DNA of 64,000 nucleotides from Ginglymostoma cirratum. Taxonomy: Eukaryota. The position numbers were made by a program, and so were the translations under genes. The stretch lies in contig JAHRHZ010000002.1 of NCBI GenBank assembly GCA_024137785.1, positions 9,962,358 to 10,026,357 on the forward strand, written 5' to 3'. Below the pieces are notes generated by a model. It worked only from the letters and a program-made list of their open reading frames with translations, ran no database searches and was not told where the DNA came from. Of this stretch, positions 10,861 to 22,782 are shown one piece after another (the stretch's first letter is position 1; the number at the start of each line of letters is the position of its first letter).

Positions 10861-11466
10861 AAATAAAAGACCCTGTGAAAGTCATCAAACTCCGGCAGAA
10901 TAGACTCCAAACAAGTTGAGATAACATCCCCCAACCTTATGAACCCCCCCCCAATGACATAAAACATATCTAAAGAGGTCACACTGTCCTCGAAATGTTC
11001 ATTCCGTTATTTCTATCCGCCGCAACTACCACATTCGCTGTGTTCCCACATGTTTCGTGCCTGTATCAGATTTCCAGCAGATAAGTTGGACCGCTGTATA
11101 TCATCAGCTGCCGGAGAGAATGAGCGGAGTTGAAAAGTGAAGCATCAAGAAACAAAGTGGAGGACAGCAAGAGGCCGTTTTGTCCCTCGATACTGTTACA
11201 CAGGGGAAGGTAGAGGCCATTCAGTCCCTCCACACTGTAACACAGGAGGAGGAGCAGGCATTTAGCCCCGTGATAGCGTTAGGCAGGAAGAGATCGTTCA
11301 TTATCTTAAGACTGTTCACGGAATTATTACAGTGCAGGAGGAGATCATTTGGCCCATCGTGCTCGTATCTGGTACACAGAAAATATACGAAGGCTGGTCA
11401 ACTCGTTGAGCTTGTTTCACAGAAGACCATTCGGCCCCTCAAGCCTGCTACATAGGCGGAGACCAT

Positions 11467-12082
11467 TGTCGTGGAGAATCACCAGGAGACGTAGAGAGTT
11501 CTTCAAGAAAGTAAACTTTTATTTGCAAACAAAGCTGTGACAATCAGAAAATAGTTTCCAGATCGCCCGCGCCCCTCAGGGCCTGTTCTTCTTTATACCT
11601 TTTCTCAATTATCATGTTTTTCTAAGGTTATCAGTATGACCAATTGTATCAGCCCGTGTTATCTCTCCAAGACTGTTCATCTTCTAAACTGCGCTGTGCT
11701 TCAGTGGTGTCTGTCTTTTATCACACTACATTTAATCAATCACTGCATTCCTGCATCCCACCTGCCACAAAAGTTTCTGTGACCCCTCCTTTCATGCCAC
11801 GTGGCTTGACTATCCTACTTATATTATGCTACCATTATTTTCCTCTAAGTGTACAATTGTATATATCATTTCATCCTTTTAGTCTATCCTAAGCATATCG
11901 TGCCACTATGGTTTTCTCTGTCTCTCTAAGGTACAACTGTATATATCATTCTATTATTTTATGTATCATTCTATTATTTTATGTATCATTCTATTATTTT
12001 ATGTATCACTTCATCTATTCTATGTATCACTTCATCTACCTTGCCATTTTATATAGCACTACCTTGCCTTTTATTTTCCATA
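11467..12082 (-). mobile_element. Probable solo retroviral-type LTR
   Basis: TG start, CCAT 4-bp flanks (11463-11466/12083-12086), minus-strand TATAAA (11592-11597) then AATAAA (11518-11523), tandem repeats in the putative U3. Confidence 0.6.
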
Positions 12083-13459
12083 CCATATTTCATTTTAGTT
12101 TAGAGATGAATGTTTGAAATGCCAAGGCTGTAGAGCGAGTGCTGGAAATGAGATGAGAATGTAATTAGGTACTTGATGACTGGCACAGATATGATGGGCG
12201 AAAGCGTTCTGTGCTTTAACATTTTGACCCGGTCAGCCTTTGACATATGTACCTCATGATGTAGGTCACATGCCTACAACAAACAAGGAACGTCGGAACA
12301 GGAGTAGGCCATTCAGCCCCTCAGATCTCTTCCGCCATTCAGTGACATGGCTGATCTGTGGCCTAACTCCATATACCTGCCTTTGACCCACTTCGCTTAA
12401 TACCTTTGCTTAACAAAAGTTTGTTTGTGCATAATTAACAACTTATCCATCATCCGGTGTCATTTGTGGAAAAGCGTTCCAAACCTCTATCATCGTGATG
12501 TGTAGAAGTGCTTCCTAACATCTCTCCTGAATGGTCTGGCCCTAATTCTCAGATCATGTCCCCAGTTCGAGAATCCCCAACCAGTGAAAATAGTTTCCCT
12601 AACAACCTGGGACAGGCATTTGTACGTGATTGCACGTCAATCCAAACACAGGCCCCTTCAGATTACTTCTCAAGAGTGCGCAGAGGTCCTTCAGCCTTTC
12701 ATGATTGTGAGACAGGAACAAGAGGAGACACCTACAAGTGTCATTGGCAAAGTTAGAATTCAATCTTCATCGCTGGTGTAAAGTGAAGCAGGTATTAGCA
12801 GAAAGTGAATCAGGACTTGGGTAGACAACTGGAGGTAGACGATCCAGAGTTTGGGGAAGATGACAAGAGTGTAGAGGGTGAGTGGTAATTGCAAAAGCAG
12901 GAAGAAAAATCGGGTGGGGGAGAGAGAGTGAAAGGATGAAAATATAATTTCCGACTCCAAAATTACTCAGATATTCACTACCCTTTCTCGTTTTCTGCTT
13001 GGCTCTATCTTTGTCTTTCACTGCCCTCTCTTTCTGCACCCCCTCTCTCACACACACACTGCTTTGTGTCACTACCAGTACCTCTGACTGTCTGCTGTCT
13101 CCCCTTCTTTGTCCTTTCTTCAAATCTCTTCCCACAATACCTCTTCTTCTATCCCTGTCTTGCCTTCTTCGTCTGACTGCGTGTCTCTCTCACTACCTAA
13201 ACAGCTCTCTCACATAGAGGAGTGGGGGATGCTTATAGTGACTATCGTGAATACTTTGTTCAGACCTGAGTTCAAACCGTATCTGCCTCAAAAACATGAA
13301 GACACTTCCTGCAATTTCCATTCATTATGTTCAGAATGACTCCTCCCAGAGAATGATTTCCTGGTTGCTGACTGCCCATTTTGTTTACTTTGCTCTTTCA
13401 GTAACAGACCCTGAAGGGACTGTAGCTAGAGAGAACTAACAAGAGTGAAGGAGTCCCAC

Positions 13460-14068
13460 AATGTCAGAGGGTCAGTACTGAGGCAGTGCTGCACTGTCAG
13501 AGGGTCAGCGCTGAGGGAGTGCCGCACTGTCAGAGGGTCAGTACTGAGGGAGAGCCACACTGTTGGAGGGCCAGTACTGAGGGAATGCCTCAATGTCAGC
13601 AGGTCAGTACTGAGGGAATGCTGAACTGTCAGAGGATCAGTACTGAGGGAGAGCCACACTGTCAGAGGGTTAGTACTGAGGGATGCTGCACTGTCGGAGG
13701 GTCAGTACCAAAGGAGTGCTGCGCTGTCGGTGTGTCAGTACTGAGGAAGTGCCTCACTGCCGGAGGATCAGTACTGAGGGAGTGCTGCACTGTCAGATGG
13801 TCAGTACTGAGGGAATGCCTCAATGTCAGAAGGTCAGTACCAAGGGAGCGCCGAATTATCAGAGGATCAGTACTGAGGGAGCGCCGCACTGTCAGAGGGT
13901 CAGTACTGAGGGAGCGCCGCGCTGTCGGAGGGTTAGTACTGAGGGAGCGCCGCACTGTCAGAGGGTCAGTACTGAGGGAGCGCCGCGCTGTCGGAGGGTT
14001 AGTACTGAGGGAATGCCGCACTGTCGGCGGGCCGGTACTGAAGGAGGGCCGCGCTGTTGGAGGGTTTA
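13460..14068. repeat. 33-bp minisatellite (ACTGTCAGAGGGTCAGTACTGAGGGAGTGCCGC family), ~18 diverged copies
   Basis: Direct tandem periodicity. Confidence 0.95.
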
Positions 14069-15419
14069 GTGTCTTTTTAAGTTACGTGTGGTGAAACTCA
14101 AGTGTAGAATGCTTCTTCCTGGAGCTAATCAGTGTTTATTTTAACAAGCGAAGTCCCAAGTACTCTAAACCTACCGACGTGTTAGATATAGGGAGACTGC
14201 TGCATTGTTTCGAAAATTGCACCAGGCGTGTTTTGTTCTGAGATTAACAGAATTATATTTTTACTCTTTATAAAAGCATTGACAAAATAAAGATCTTTGA
14301 ACTTGCGTTGTGAGTAGATTGCATTATTTTATTTTCTCTTTGTTCATTTGGTAATTTCCTTTTGTTTTGTTGATAAATAAAACTGCAATATGTGTTTCTG
14401 CTCCAGTGAGAGACCACTTCATTGAAACCAAATAAAAATGAAGTCTATCGAGTTAGATTCTCCCCCGCCATGGGATGACTTGTCTGGTAAGAACATTTGC
14501 TGCTGTCATTCACTAGCTGGTTGGGAACCCTCTCCTTTGTCCAATGGGAGAAGTGATCAAACAAGCTCAACCGCCACCCAGTCACTAGCGGCCCCCAGAG
14601 ATGATGAGCTGTGTTAAGATACCTCGGTCAGTGCTGCGTTGTCCACTTCTGAAGGTGAGGCTGTTTCCTTCACTCTGAAAGAAGATAGCAGTTTGGAGCA
14701 GGAGGAGGCCATTCATCCCCTTGCTCCTCTCTACCTTTCAATAAAACTACAGCTGTCCCTCTACTTCAACTACTCTATTCTGCCCGATCCCAATATCCCT
14801 TCAAAGCTTCTGTGTTCAAACACCTGCAGTGCAGAAACTTCCTGGTAACTGAGTACGTGCAGCGCCCTGTGACGCGGATTGTCCTCCCTGACTATGCATG
14901 TGTCAGCAACTCGATGAGAGCATCAACAGCAGATTAGCTGGGAATGGTCAATGTGACAGAACTAGGAGCCTGGCAGTTCCTCAACTCAAGGTCACTGAGC
15001 GAGCTTTAGCTCGACCCTAGCAAGGGAATTTATAGGAAAATCTTTGATGAGCTGTCGTTGCCACTGGCAAGGCCAGTTTTTGTCAACTAGCATCCATAAT
15101 TAATGTTAAGAGTCAACTTCATTGATTCAGTTGGCATTTCCCATTGTAGGGCCTCAGCACTGGGCAGCAGAGATACCTGTCCATCATCATAACACTGCAC
15201 AGAGCAAGTCCCCAACGCAAGAGCCTAGACCCGCAGGATGTTGACAGCCTCAAGTGGCAGATGAGGTTGGGTGCGTAATGTTTCATACTGAATTATAGAC
15301 AATTTGTCCACAACACTTACACTTTGGGTGATGTCATTTATCTATGACACAACCTCAGCTTCCAGTTTGATCACAATATAAGCTCTGCCCTCAACTCCCC
15401 TGTGTCACTAAGACCTATG

Positions 15420-15860
15420 ACATTGTGAGGGTCAGCTCTGGGGTCAAGCGCCATGCTGTTGGAGGGTCGGCTCTGGGGGTGCGCCACACCGTCAGAGGGA
15501 GCGCCGCACTGGGAAAGGCTTTGTATGAAGAGTTCATTACAGCCTCAATTTCACAATCACTCTGATAAGACATTAAATTGAGGTCTTGCCCACCCTTGCA
15601 AATGGACTTACAAGTTTGTTGGGTTTCTGTTGCAAAAGAGCAGGGGAGTTCTCCCTCCTATTTATCCCTAAATGAACATTACTAAATTCAGCTGATGTAG
15701 TACTTTGTCAGGATACTCTATTGGATCTTCTTGTGCATAAAATAGTTACGTTCCCTACTCTACAACAGCGATGGTACATCAAAATAAACTGAATCTTTAA
15801 CTGGAAATGTTTTTGGAAGAGGCTGAGATGTTGTCAGGCTCTGCAGAAAACAAATTCCTT
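15420..15860 (+). mobile_element. Degenerate Deu-domain SINE (SacSINE1/AmnSINE-like) preceded by decayed 33-bp units
   Basis: GATAAGACATTAAATTGAGG...GAGCAGGGGAGTTCTCCC...TATTTATCCCT...TTGTGCATAAA...TACAACAG resembles the DeuSINE core as recalled. Confidence 0.6.
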
Positions 15861-17734
15861 GAGTTTTAAAGGTTATGTTTCTGCTGAGGAAATGGACAAG
15901 TTTCTGGATTATCTGAAAAGCCCCAACCAGCAGCAGCAGCATCAGAAACAATCCCCTTTTCTGGTCAGAACTGTGAAGAGGGCATCCAGGAAACAATGTT
16001 CAATGCTCACAACAGAAATCATAGATGAGAATGAGAGGGAAAAGGTTTGAACTGCTCATAGCCTTTCATTCTTCTAATTGGGCCCTATACCTCAACTGTC
16101 TAGCCTCCTGTTAATTCGAGGTCCATGTCCACCAAAACTCCACTTAATCCCGGACCCTTAGCTGTCCCCGTTGATCCCAGCTCCTTACTTACCATGCCGT
16201 AGTCAATCCTAGACCCCTAACAACCACATTCCATCCCTGTCCTCCAAACCCGAATTAATTCCAGGTCCCTGTTTCCAAGTCACATTCCAGTCTCTGCCTG
16301 AGCTTTGTTGCAAACTGTGGAATAATTAAATTTGCTTGGTTTCCAACAGATAAATTGTGTTTCTGGAAGCAGGTCAGACTGAAGATCCAGCACGATCAAG
16401 GGCCGCTGTGCTTAGTGACTGAATCATGTCTGACTCGACTGAGCGTGAAAGAACTAGCGCACTTTCCAATAAATTGATTTGTCAGCAGTTTTTGATGGTT
16501 CATGGTGGTTTTCTGTTAAAGAATTCCTTATTTTGAGGCTCTTCAGAAGATCAAAATGCTCCATGTCTACAAATATTTTCTTTGAAGGGTGATCAGTAAT
16601 GTGACCAGAATGAGGGGGCAATATTTAAATAACAGGAGTTACCTAATAAAACAGAGACAAGGGCCAATTTTTTCTACAGGTTGACTGTGTTTGCGATACT
16701 CTTCCTGAAAAGGTGGTGGAAGAAGACTCCCTGAATATTTTTGAGGCAGAGGTAGATAGATTCAGGGGTAGGTGGAAATGTGGCTTTATAAATTACAACC
16801 AATCAGATCAGCATGATGACGCTGGACGAGGGAGCAGGCTGGAGGGGCTGAATAGTGCACTTGTTCGCAGGAGCATGAGAAGTATAGCAGCAAATTCACG
16901 CAAAACAAAAGCCCACAAACAAAAATGTATAATGCCTCATCAGAAAGGTGGTAATTCCGACATTGCGGCACACCCCTGGTCCTGAGTCCAACGGTGCAGC
17001 GCCCGTGATCACCTTAAGGGGATGGGAAGTAGGAGAGCTTATGTAGGTACTTACCGATGTTGGACCCAGATAAGCAAGAACACTGCCGTGTAGTGTCTAT
17101 TAGTGGAAATCAGGTGGGGGGGAAACTCAATTTGTCAGAATCCAAAAGATTCTCAAGCTGTGTCTTTGGAATCTGTGACACTGATAACACTTTTTAAAAA
17201 TCAAAAGGAGTTTGAAGAAGGCCATTCAGCCCAACCTCTCTGTCTCTCCTCTACCCTGTGAAAATAAAAAATCCATTGCTCTCAGTTATGAATGCATTCA
17301 CAGCGAGGGACCATCCCTTATTCTGTGGGATAGGGTTTCCAAAAAAAAAAAAAAAAAAAAAATTCACTACCAACTGAATCCTGAAGCTTGATCCCTTTTG
17401 GCCTGAAACGGTCAACCCCTTATCCCGAGATTGTACCACCAAGTTCTGGAATCTCAGCAGTCAATCCTGTCAAATCCTCAATTTCAATTCTTTCAATGAG
17501 ACCGCCAGTATTCCTTCTCAACTCCAAGCCGTCACAGACCCCAACAATCTACTCAATTTCCCTTCCTTACCACTGCAGTGAATCAACCTCAGCTGGGTTT
17601 GCAGCCCTTCCCAAGGGAAATCCTTCGGACTTTCAGGGTGAGCGACAGTCATGCGGGAGACCTTTGTTGGGTGGGGGTACTCAATGGCAGGAGAACGGTG
17701 ACATGACTGACTCAAACTGCTTCGGGCCCTCACA

Positions 17735-17740
17735 TTTATT
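17735..17740 (-). promoter_or_regulatory. Putative RNF20 polyadenylation signal AATAAA
   Basis: First AATAAA on the minus strand, ~300 nt after the stop codon. Confidence 0.5.
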
Positions 17741-18042
17741 CCCAACGTTAACACTCGAAACAGAGAGAAAAAAATAACTACAACCATTACCCCTCCCACC
17801 CTCCGCATCCTTCACTAGGACTGCCATAATGGGACATGGGAGGGATTGCTGGGGTGGAAAGAGGTCATCAGGGAAGCCATCTTCGACATCCAGCGTGAGC
17901 GTCCGTATAAAAACCGACCTACTCCTCAATCCAGGGGCTGGTGGGAGACATGGGGCTGGTGGGAGACATGGGATGGGTGGGGAGGGGGGACGGACGAGGG
18001 GAGGGGCTCGGTGAGGGAGGACGAGGTTGGGGGTGGTGTCTC

Positions 18043-18219
18043 TCAGCCGATGTAGATCCGGTGAAAGTCATTGGCACCAAAGGCAGCATTACACTTGGGG
18101 CACTTGCGCTGCCGTGTGTCGTAGCGAGTCTTGACGCACTCGAAGCAGAAAACGTGGAAACACTTGGTCAGCACGGCGTCCTTCTTCCTCATATTACAGC
18201 ACGGGCAGGTCAGTTTGGC
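18043..18219 (-). CDS. RNF20: RNF20 last coding exon, C3HC4 RING
   Basis: [29 protein letters not shown]...[19 protein letters not shown]. Confidence 0.96.
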   Translation of the reverse strand, partial: AKLTCPCCNMRKKDAVLTKCFHVFCFECVKTRYDTRQRKCPKCNAAFGANDFHRIYIG

Positions 18220-21200
18220 CTGCTCACCAGCAAGGAGGTGCAATGAAGAGAGAAGGAGACAGAGACAGAGTGAGAGACAGAGTGAGAGACAGAGTGAGAG
18301 ACAGAGTNNNNNNNNNNGAGAGACAGAGTGAGAGACAGAGTGAGAGACAGAGTGAGAGACAGAGGTGGGTGTTGGGGAGGGAGAGAACAAAGTCAGGTTC
18401 TATATGGTGCTTTACAGACCTTCGAAACAGCATCATTCACCCCGCATCCCTGAGAAAAAGATGTTTATTCTGCCTGCCTCAGGAAACAGACCAAAACATG
18501 CCATGCATATGCCAGAAAACTGACCGATCCTGCGCCCCGCTCCCGGCAGACTGACTAATCCAGCTCTTGTTTCCCCAATGTCCGTACTTCATGGTGTTAT
18601 CACATCCCCCTCATACACAGAGCACACAGAAACTAGTTGATCCTGTGCCAGTTCATTTCACTCCCCACCCCCCACCCACCAACCCCGACAACAGGACAGT
18701 CCTGACCAACATAAAACGAAAGACCCCACCACCACTGCCATTAAAATGGAGCTTCCTTCAGCTAAACGCGAAATAAAACTATAAACTCAACCACGGAAAT
18801 GCATTCATTTGTTTTTCTCCCCTAAAATGACTGATTCTATTGAGCACCTCTTCCACCATGAATACGGAGAGTTTTGGTTGGGAGGAAATCTGATTCACCA
18901 TATTGCTACACTTACCCTCCAAATACTGGAGTAATCTGGCACCACGTCCCTTGAAATTGGAGGAATCTGACTCTTTTCCCCACAATCAGCGGTATCTGAA
19001 CTGACCTAACGACACCCCAAATCCGTTAGCCCCAGAAACTGCAGAGGGCTAGCATCCAACTCTCCCTGTTCTGGGGACAGCTCAGGCACCTCACCCCCCC
19101 CCACCCCGGGATGTGTGCTGATGTGCTGCCCCACAGTATCCACTGAATACCACCCCCACCCTGAGCCCAGCCCACACTTTGCCCTCCACTGCACCAACCT
19201 CCAGGTTCCCCCAGGCCCCACATCGGATCACTCACCTTGTAATCTTTAATTTCCTCCATCAGGATCTCGTCGCAGTTAGTGAACATTTCTGGCTTCTTCT
19301 GTCGTTCCAGCTTCCGACGTAGCTTTGAGATATCCTCCTAAAACCGGGCATGGGGAGGAGGCATCAGGAAGCTTTACTCCATATCTAACCCCGTGCTGTC
19401 CCTGTCTTGCGAGTATTTCACAAAGACAGTGTAGAGACAGCTTTATTCTGTATCTAATCCCGTGCTGTCCCTGTCCTGGGAGTGTTTGATGGGGACATGT
19501 AGAGGTAGCTTTACTCTGTCTCGAACTCCGTGCTCTAGGAGTATTTGATGAGGTACATAATGTCAAGGGAGGCTTATCCTATATCTAACCCGTCCTGTGC
19601 CTGTTCCAGGTACACATCAATGCTGACAATGGATTATAAACATGTCTCCCATTTTCCCAGCTACACCAACCTGTGCTCGCTTGTAGTTGAAATTTTCTTT
19701 CTCACGAGCCACGCTGCTCTCGATGATATCGTTTTGAACCTCGGACAGTTTCTTCTGATCAGTTTCGAGCTGCAGCTTCAGGTCCTCCGCTAGCTGGGCT
19801 GCTTCCACGGCCTGAGGGGAGGGGAAATGGGGCGGGGTGAGGGGAAATGGGGCGGGGTGAGGGGAANNNNNNNNNNAGGGGAAATGGGGCGGGGTGAGGG
19901 GAAATGGGGCGGGGTGAGGGGAAGAGAGGAGAGAGACAGAAAACAAGGTAGCAGCAGAGGCACAGAGATGGGTTGTGAATGAGGGGAGTAAGTGATAGCA
20001 ATAGGGAAGAGGAGCAGACATGGGGGAGATTGACAGACACAGGGATGGAGAAAGGATTGAAGGGGTAGGGGGTGAGCGGGGAAGGAGGGAGGGAGAGGCA
20101 ACTATCAGTGACTATTATTTAACTGCACAGTAAGAACGGGCCCGAAAATGAAACTCCTTCAGTCACATTAGTTTCTGCAGCTTGGATATCTGCCTGCTCG
20201 GAGTAAACAGGTTGGGCCTGGGCTCTCCCACCCCCTCACCTTGCGTTTGTGCATGTCCAGGGTCTGTGTGCGCAATGAGAGCTCCTTCTCCATCGCCGTC
20301 AGGTTTGTCTGCAGTAACTGTTCCTTCTCTTCCAACTTCTTCACTACCTGGAGCTGGGCATCAACCTGAGATTGGGGGAGAGCGAGAATAGATTGGGGGG
20401 GGGGGGGGGGGGNNNNNNNNNNNNNNNNNNNNNNNNNNNNNNNNNNNNNNNNNNNNNNNNNNNNNNNNNNNNNNNNNNNNNNNNNNNNNNNNNNNNNNNN
20501 NNNNNNNNNNNNCAGAAACGGAGAGCGAAAATAAAGAGAGTGGTGAGTGTGTGTGCGTGTGAGAGAGAGCGCGTGCGAAAGCAACAGCAAATGATAGAGT
20601 AAGTGCGACACGACAGCAAGAGTAAGAGCAGGTCAAAGAGAGACAGAGAGCAAGAAGAATGAGAAAATGAGAGCCGAGAGCGAGGGAGACAGACAGAGAG
20701 AGAGAGAGAGAGAGAGGAAAGTCAATGAAAGAGTGAGAGTGGGAACAAGACCAGGGAGAAGGACACACACAAATGGAGAAATTATAACGACACAAAGAGA
20801 TAGTTAACACAGCTAAGCTGGATGTCAATGGAGGGAAGGAGGGATGTCAATGCGAGGATAAAGTGAGGGAGAGGTGGCGATAGAGAATGTGAGGATGACT
20901 GTTCCCAGCCCTCCAGTGCACACTGACCTGTGTTTTTAAGGTCAGCACCTGGTCTCCCAGCTCCTCTTTCTCCTCCTTCAGCAGTTTGTGAATCTGGTTG
21001 GATTTGATTCGCTCAGACATCAGTTTGAAGTTAGCGTCGTCCTTCTCTCGAAGCTGCTGCATCAGCCGAATGTTCTGTTCCTGCATATCCTCAAACGCCT
21101 GGCCAGTCACATCCATCTCTGACAGGAGAGCTTCCTCCTCCTGGGAGGCACAGCGATGAGGGGGTCGCGGCGGGAGGGGGGGGGGGTGTGGTTGGTGGTG

Positions 21201-22743
21201 CAGAGTGACAGAGGCAGGGAAATAGTGGGAGAAACAGACTCAGTCCCTGTACAGGCTGTGCGTGTATCCCTCAGTGTCAGTCCCTGTGTAACTTAGTGAC
21301 ATTGTACACAGGAGGTCCAAATATAGAATATGAACATTAGATTTTAACCATTTCAAATTAATCTGCTGTTTATACATTTGACTTTTCAGTAAAGGATAAG
21401 TCAGTAAATTCAGTGTGTAAGAAACTTGACCTGTCTCCCACTGAGAATCGAGACACAGCTGCTACAGAAGCCCTCACCCTGTCATTTCACAACTCAACGA
21501 TTTCAATGCTCCCCTGAGCCCACAGCAGTAAGTTTCAACACATCCACAACACTGCTGCCCCCAATCTGATAACTCACCCTATCTCCGTAACCTCCCCACT
21601 GTGCCCTGTACCCTGACCCCATCTCCGTCACCTCCCCCCCGTGCCCTGTACCCCGACCCCGTCTCCGTCACCCCTCCCCGCGCCCTCCCCCCACTGTGCC
21701 CTGTACCCCGACCCCGTCTCTGAAAGCTACCTACCCCAGCCCTATAGCTCGCCCTGTCTCTCTAACTCACTCCAGCCTTTCACACCACCCCCCCCTCCTC
21801 ATATCTCTGTAACCTCTCCCACTCTCCATTACCCTCCTAGCTGTGTGCATACCTTCAAGTCTGACCTCCTCCTGCACGTCTCCCTGTTAAAGGTGTCCTG
21901 CTGCTGGTGGCTGTGCCTTCACTTGTCTAACTCCTGAAATCCTCCCACTAAAACCTCTGCTCCCCCTCTCTCTCTCAGCTGCTCTCCCTTGCTCCCTAAA
22001 ACCTTCACCGTCAAGCTGTGTCGTCGAGTCCTAATATTTCACGTGGCTCAGTTACGTTGTGTCTGATGGTTGTTGCGGTACAACACCTTGTGATCTTTCC
22101 CTCCACTGTGAGCGCGATCACTATGCAACCACAGCTTCAGCCCGAGTGGGTAAAGGTGGCCCCCCACCCCCTCCCATTCCGCCCCACCCAGATTCTACCC
22201 TTCTCCCCTGACCACCTCACCTGTTTCGCCATGGCCACCTTCTTCAGCATGTGCTCCATCTGTTCATCCACCAGCTTCATTCGGCGCAGAGCCTCCACGT
22301 CTGCCATTTTCTTGCCCTCGTGTCTCTCCTTCTCCTCCAGTTCTTTCAGCCGCTGCCTCAGGGTCTCCAGCTGCAGTGGGATTGCTGCCCGTCAGAGAGA
22401 GGAAACTGGAAACGGGGGGCACTCGGGCCTCACGGTGACCATCCCAGCTTCCTGTCACATCCCCGCTCCATTCCAACGTACCGTCCAAACCACCCAGTAT
22501 CTCACTAGGATCCCCATCCCGTTCCAGCACAAACCCACAGTGACATCCCAGATTCCCTGACCGAGAGACTCCTTGTTTAGAAACAGACTCACTGACACAG
22601 AGACTTCCCTTTTTGCAGACTGTCTGTCTACAGACATGGTTCTGATGGACAGACTGTCTCTCTCTCGGTCTCTCTATAGTCTGTCCATCAGAACCCTGTC
22701 TACAGAGAGAGAGAGAGAGAGAGACACAGACACAGTCTGTCCA

Positions 22744-22782
<39 letters not shown>

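Noticed and set aside
13426-14094. Overlapping ORFs of 77-202 aa
   Set aside because: Same minisatellite artefact.
17341-17362. Poly(A) run as a retrocopy tail
   Set aside because: No recognisable upstream processed gene or TSD; it sits inside decayed CR1-like sequence.
20413-20512. Possible hidden RNF20 exon in the 100-N gap
   Set aside because: The flanking exons join in frame (…LTLKTQ|VDAQLQ…) with no missing conserved sequence.
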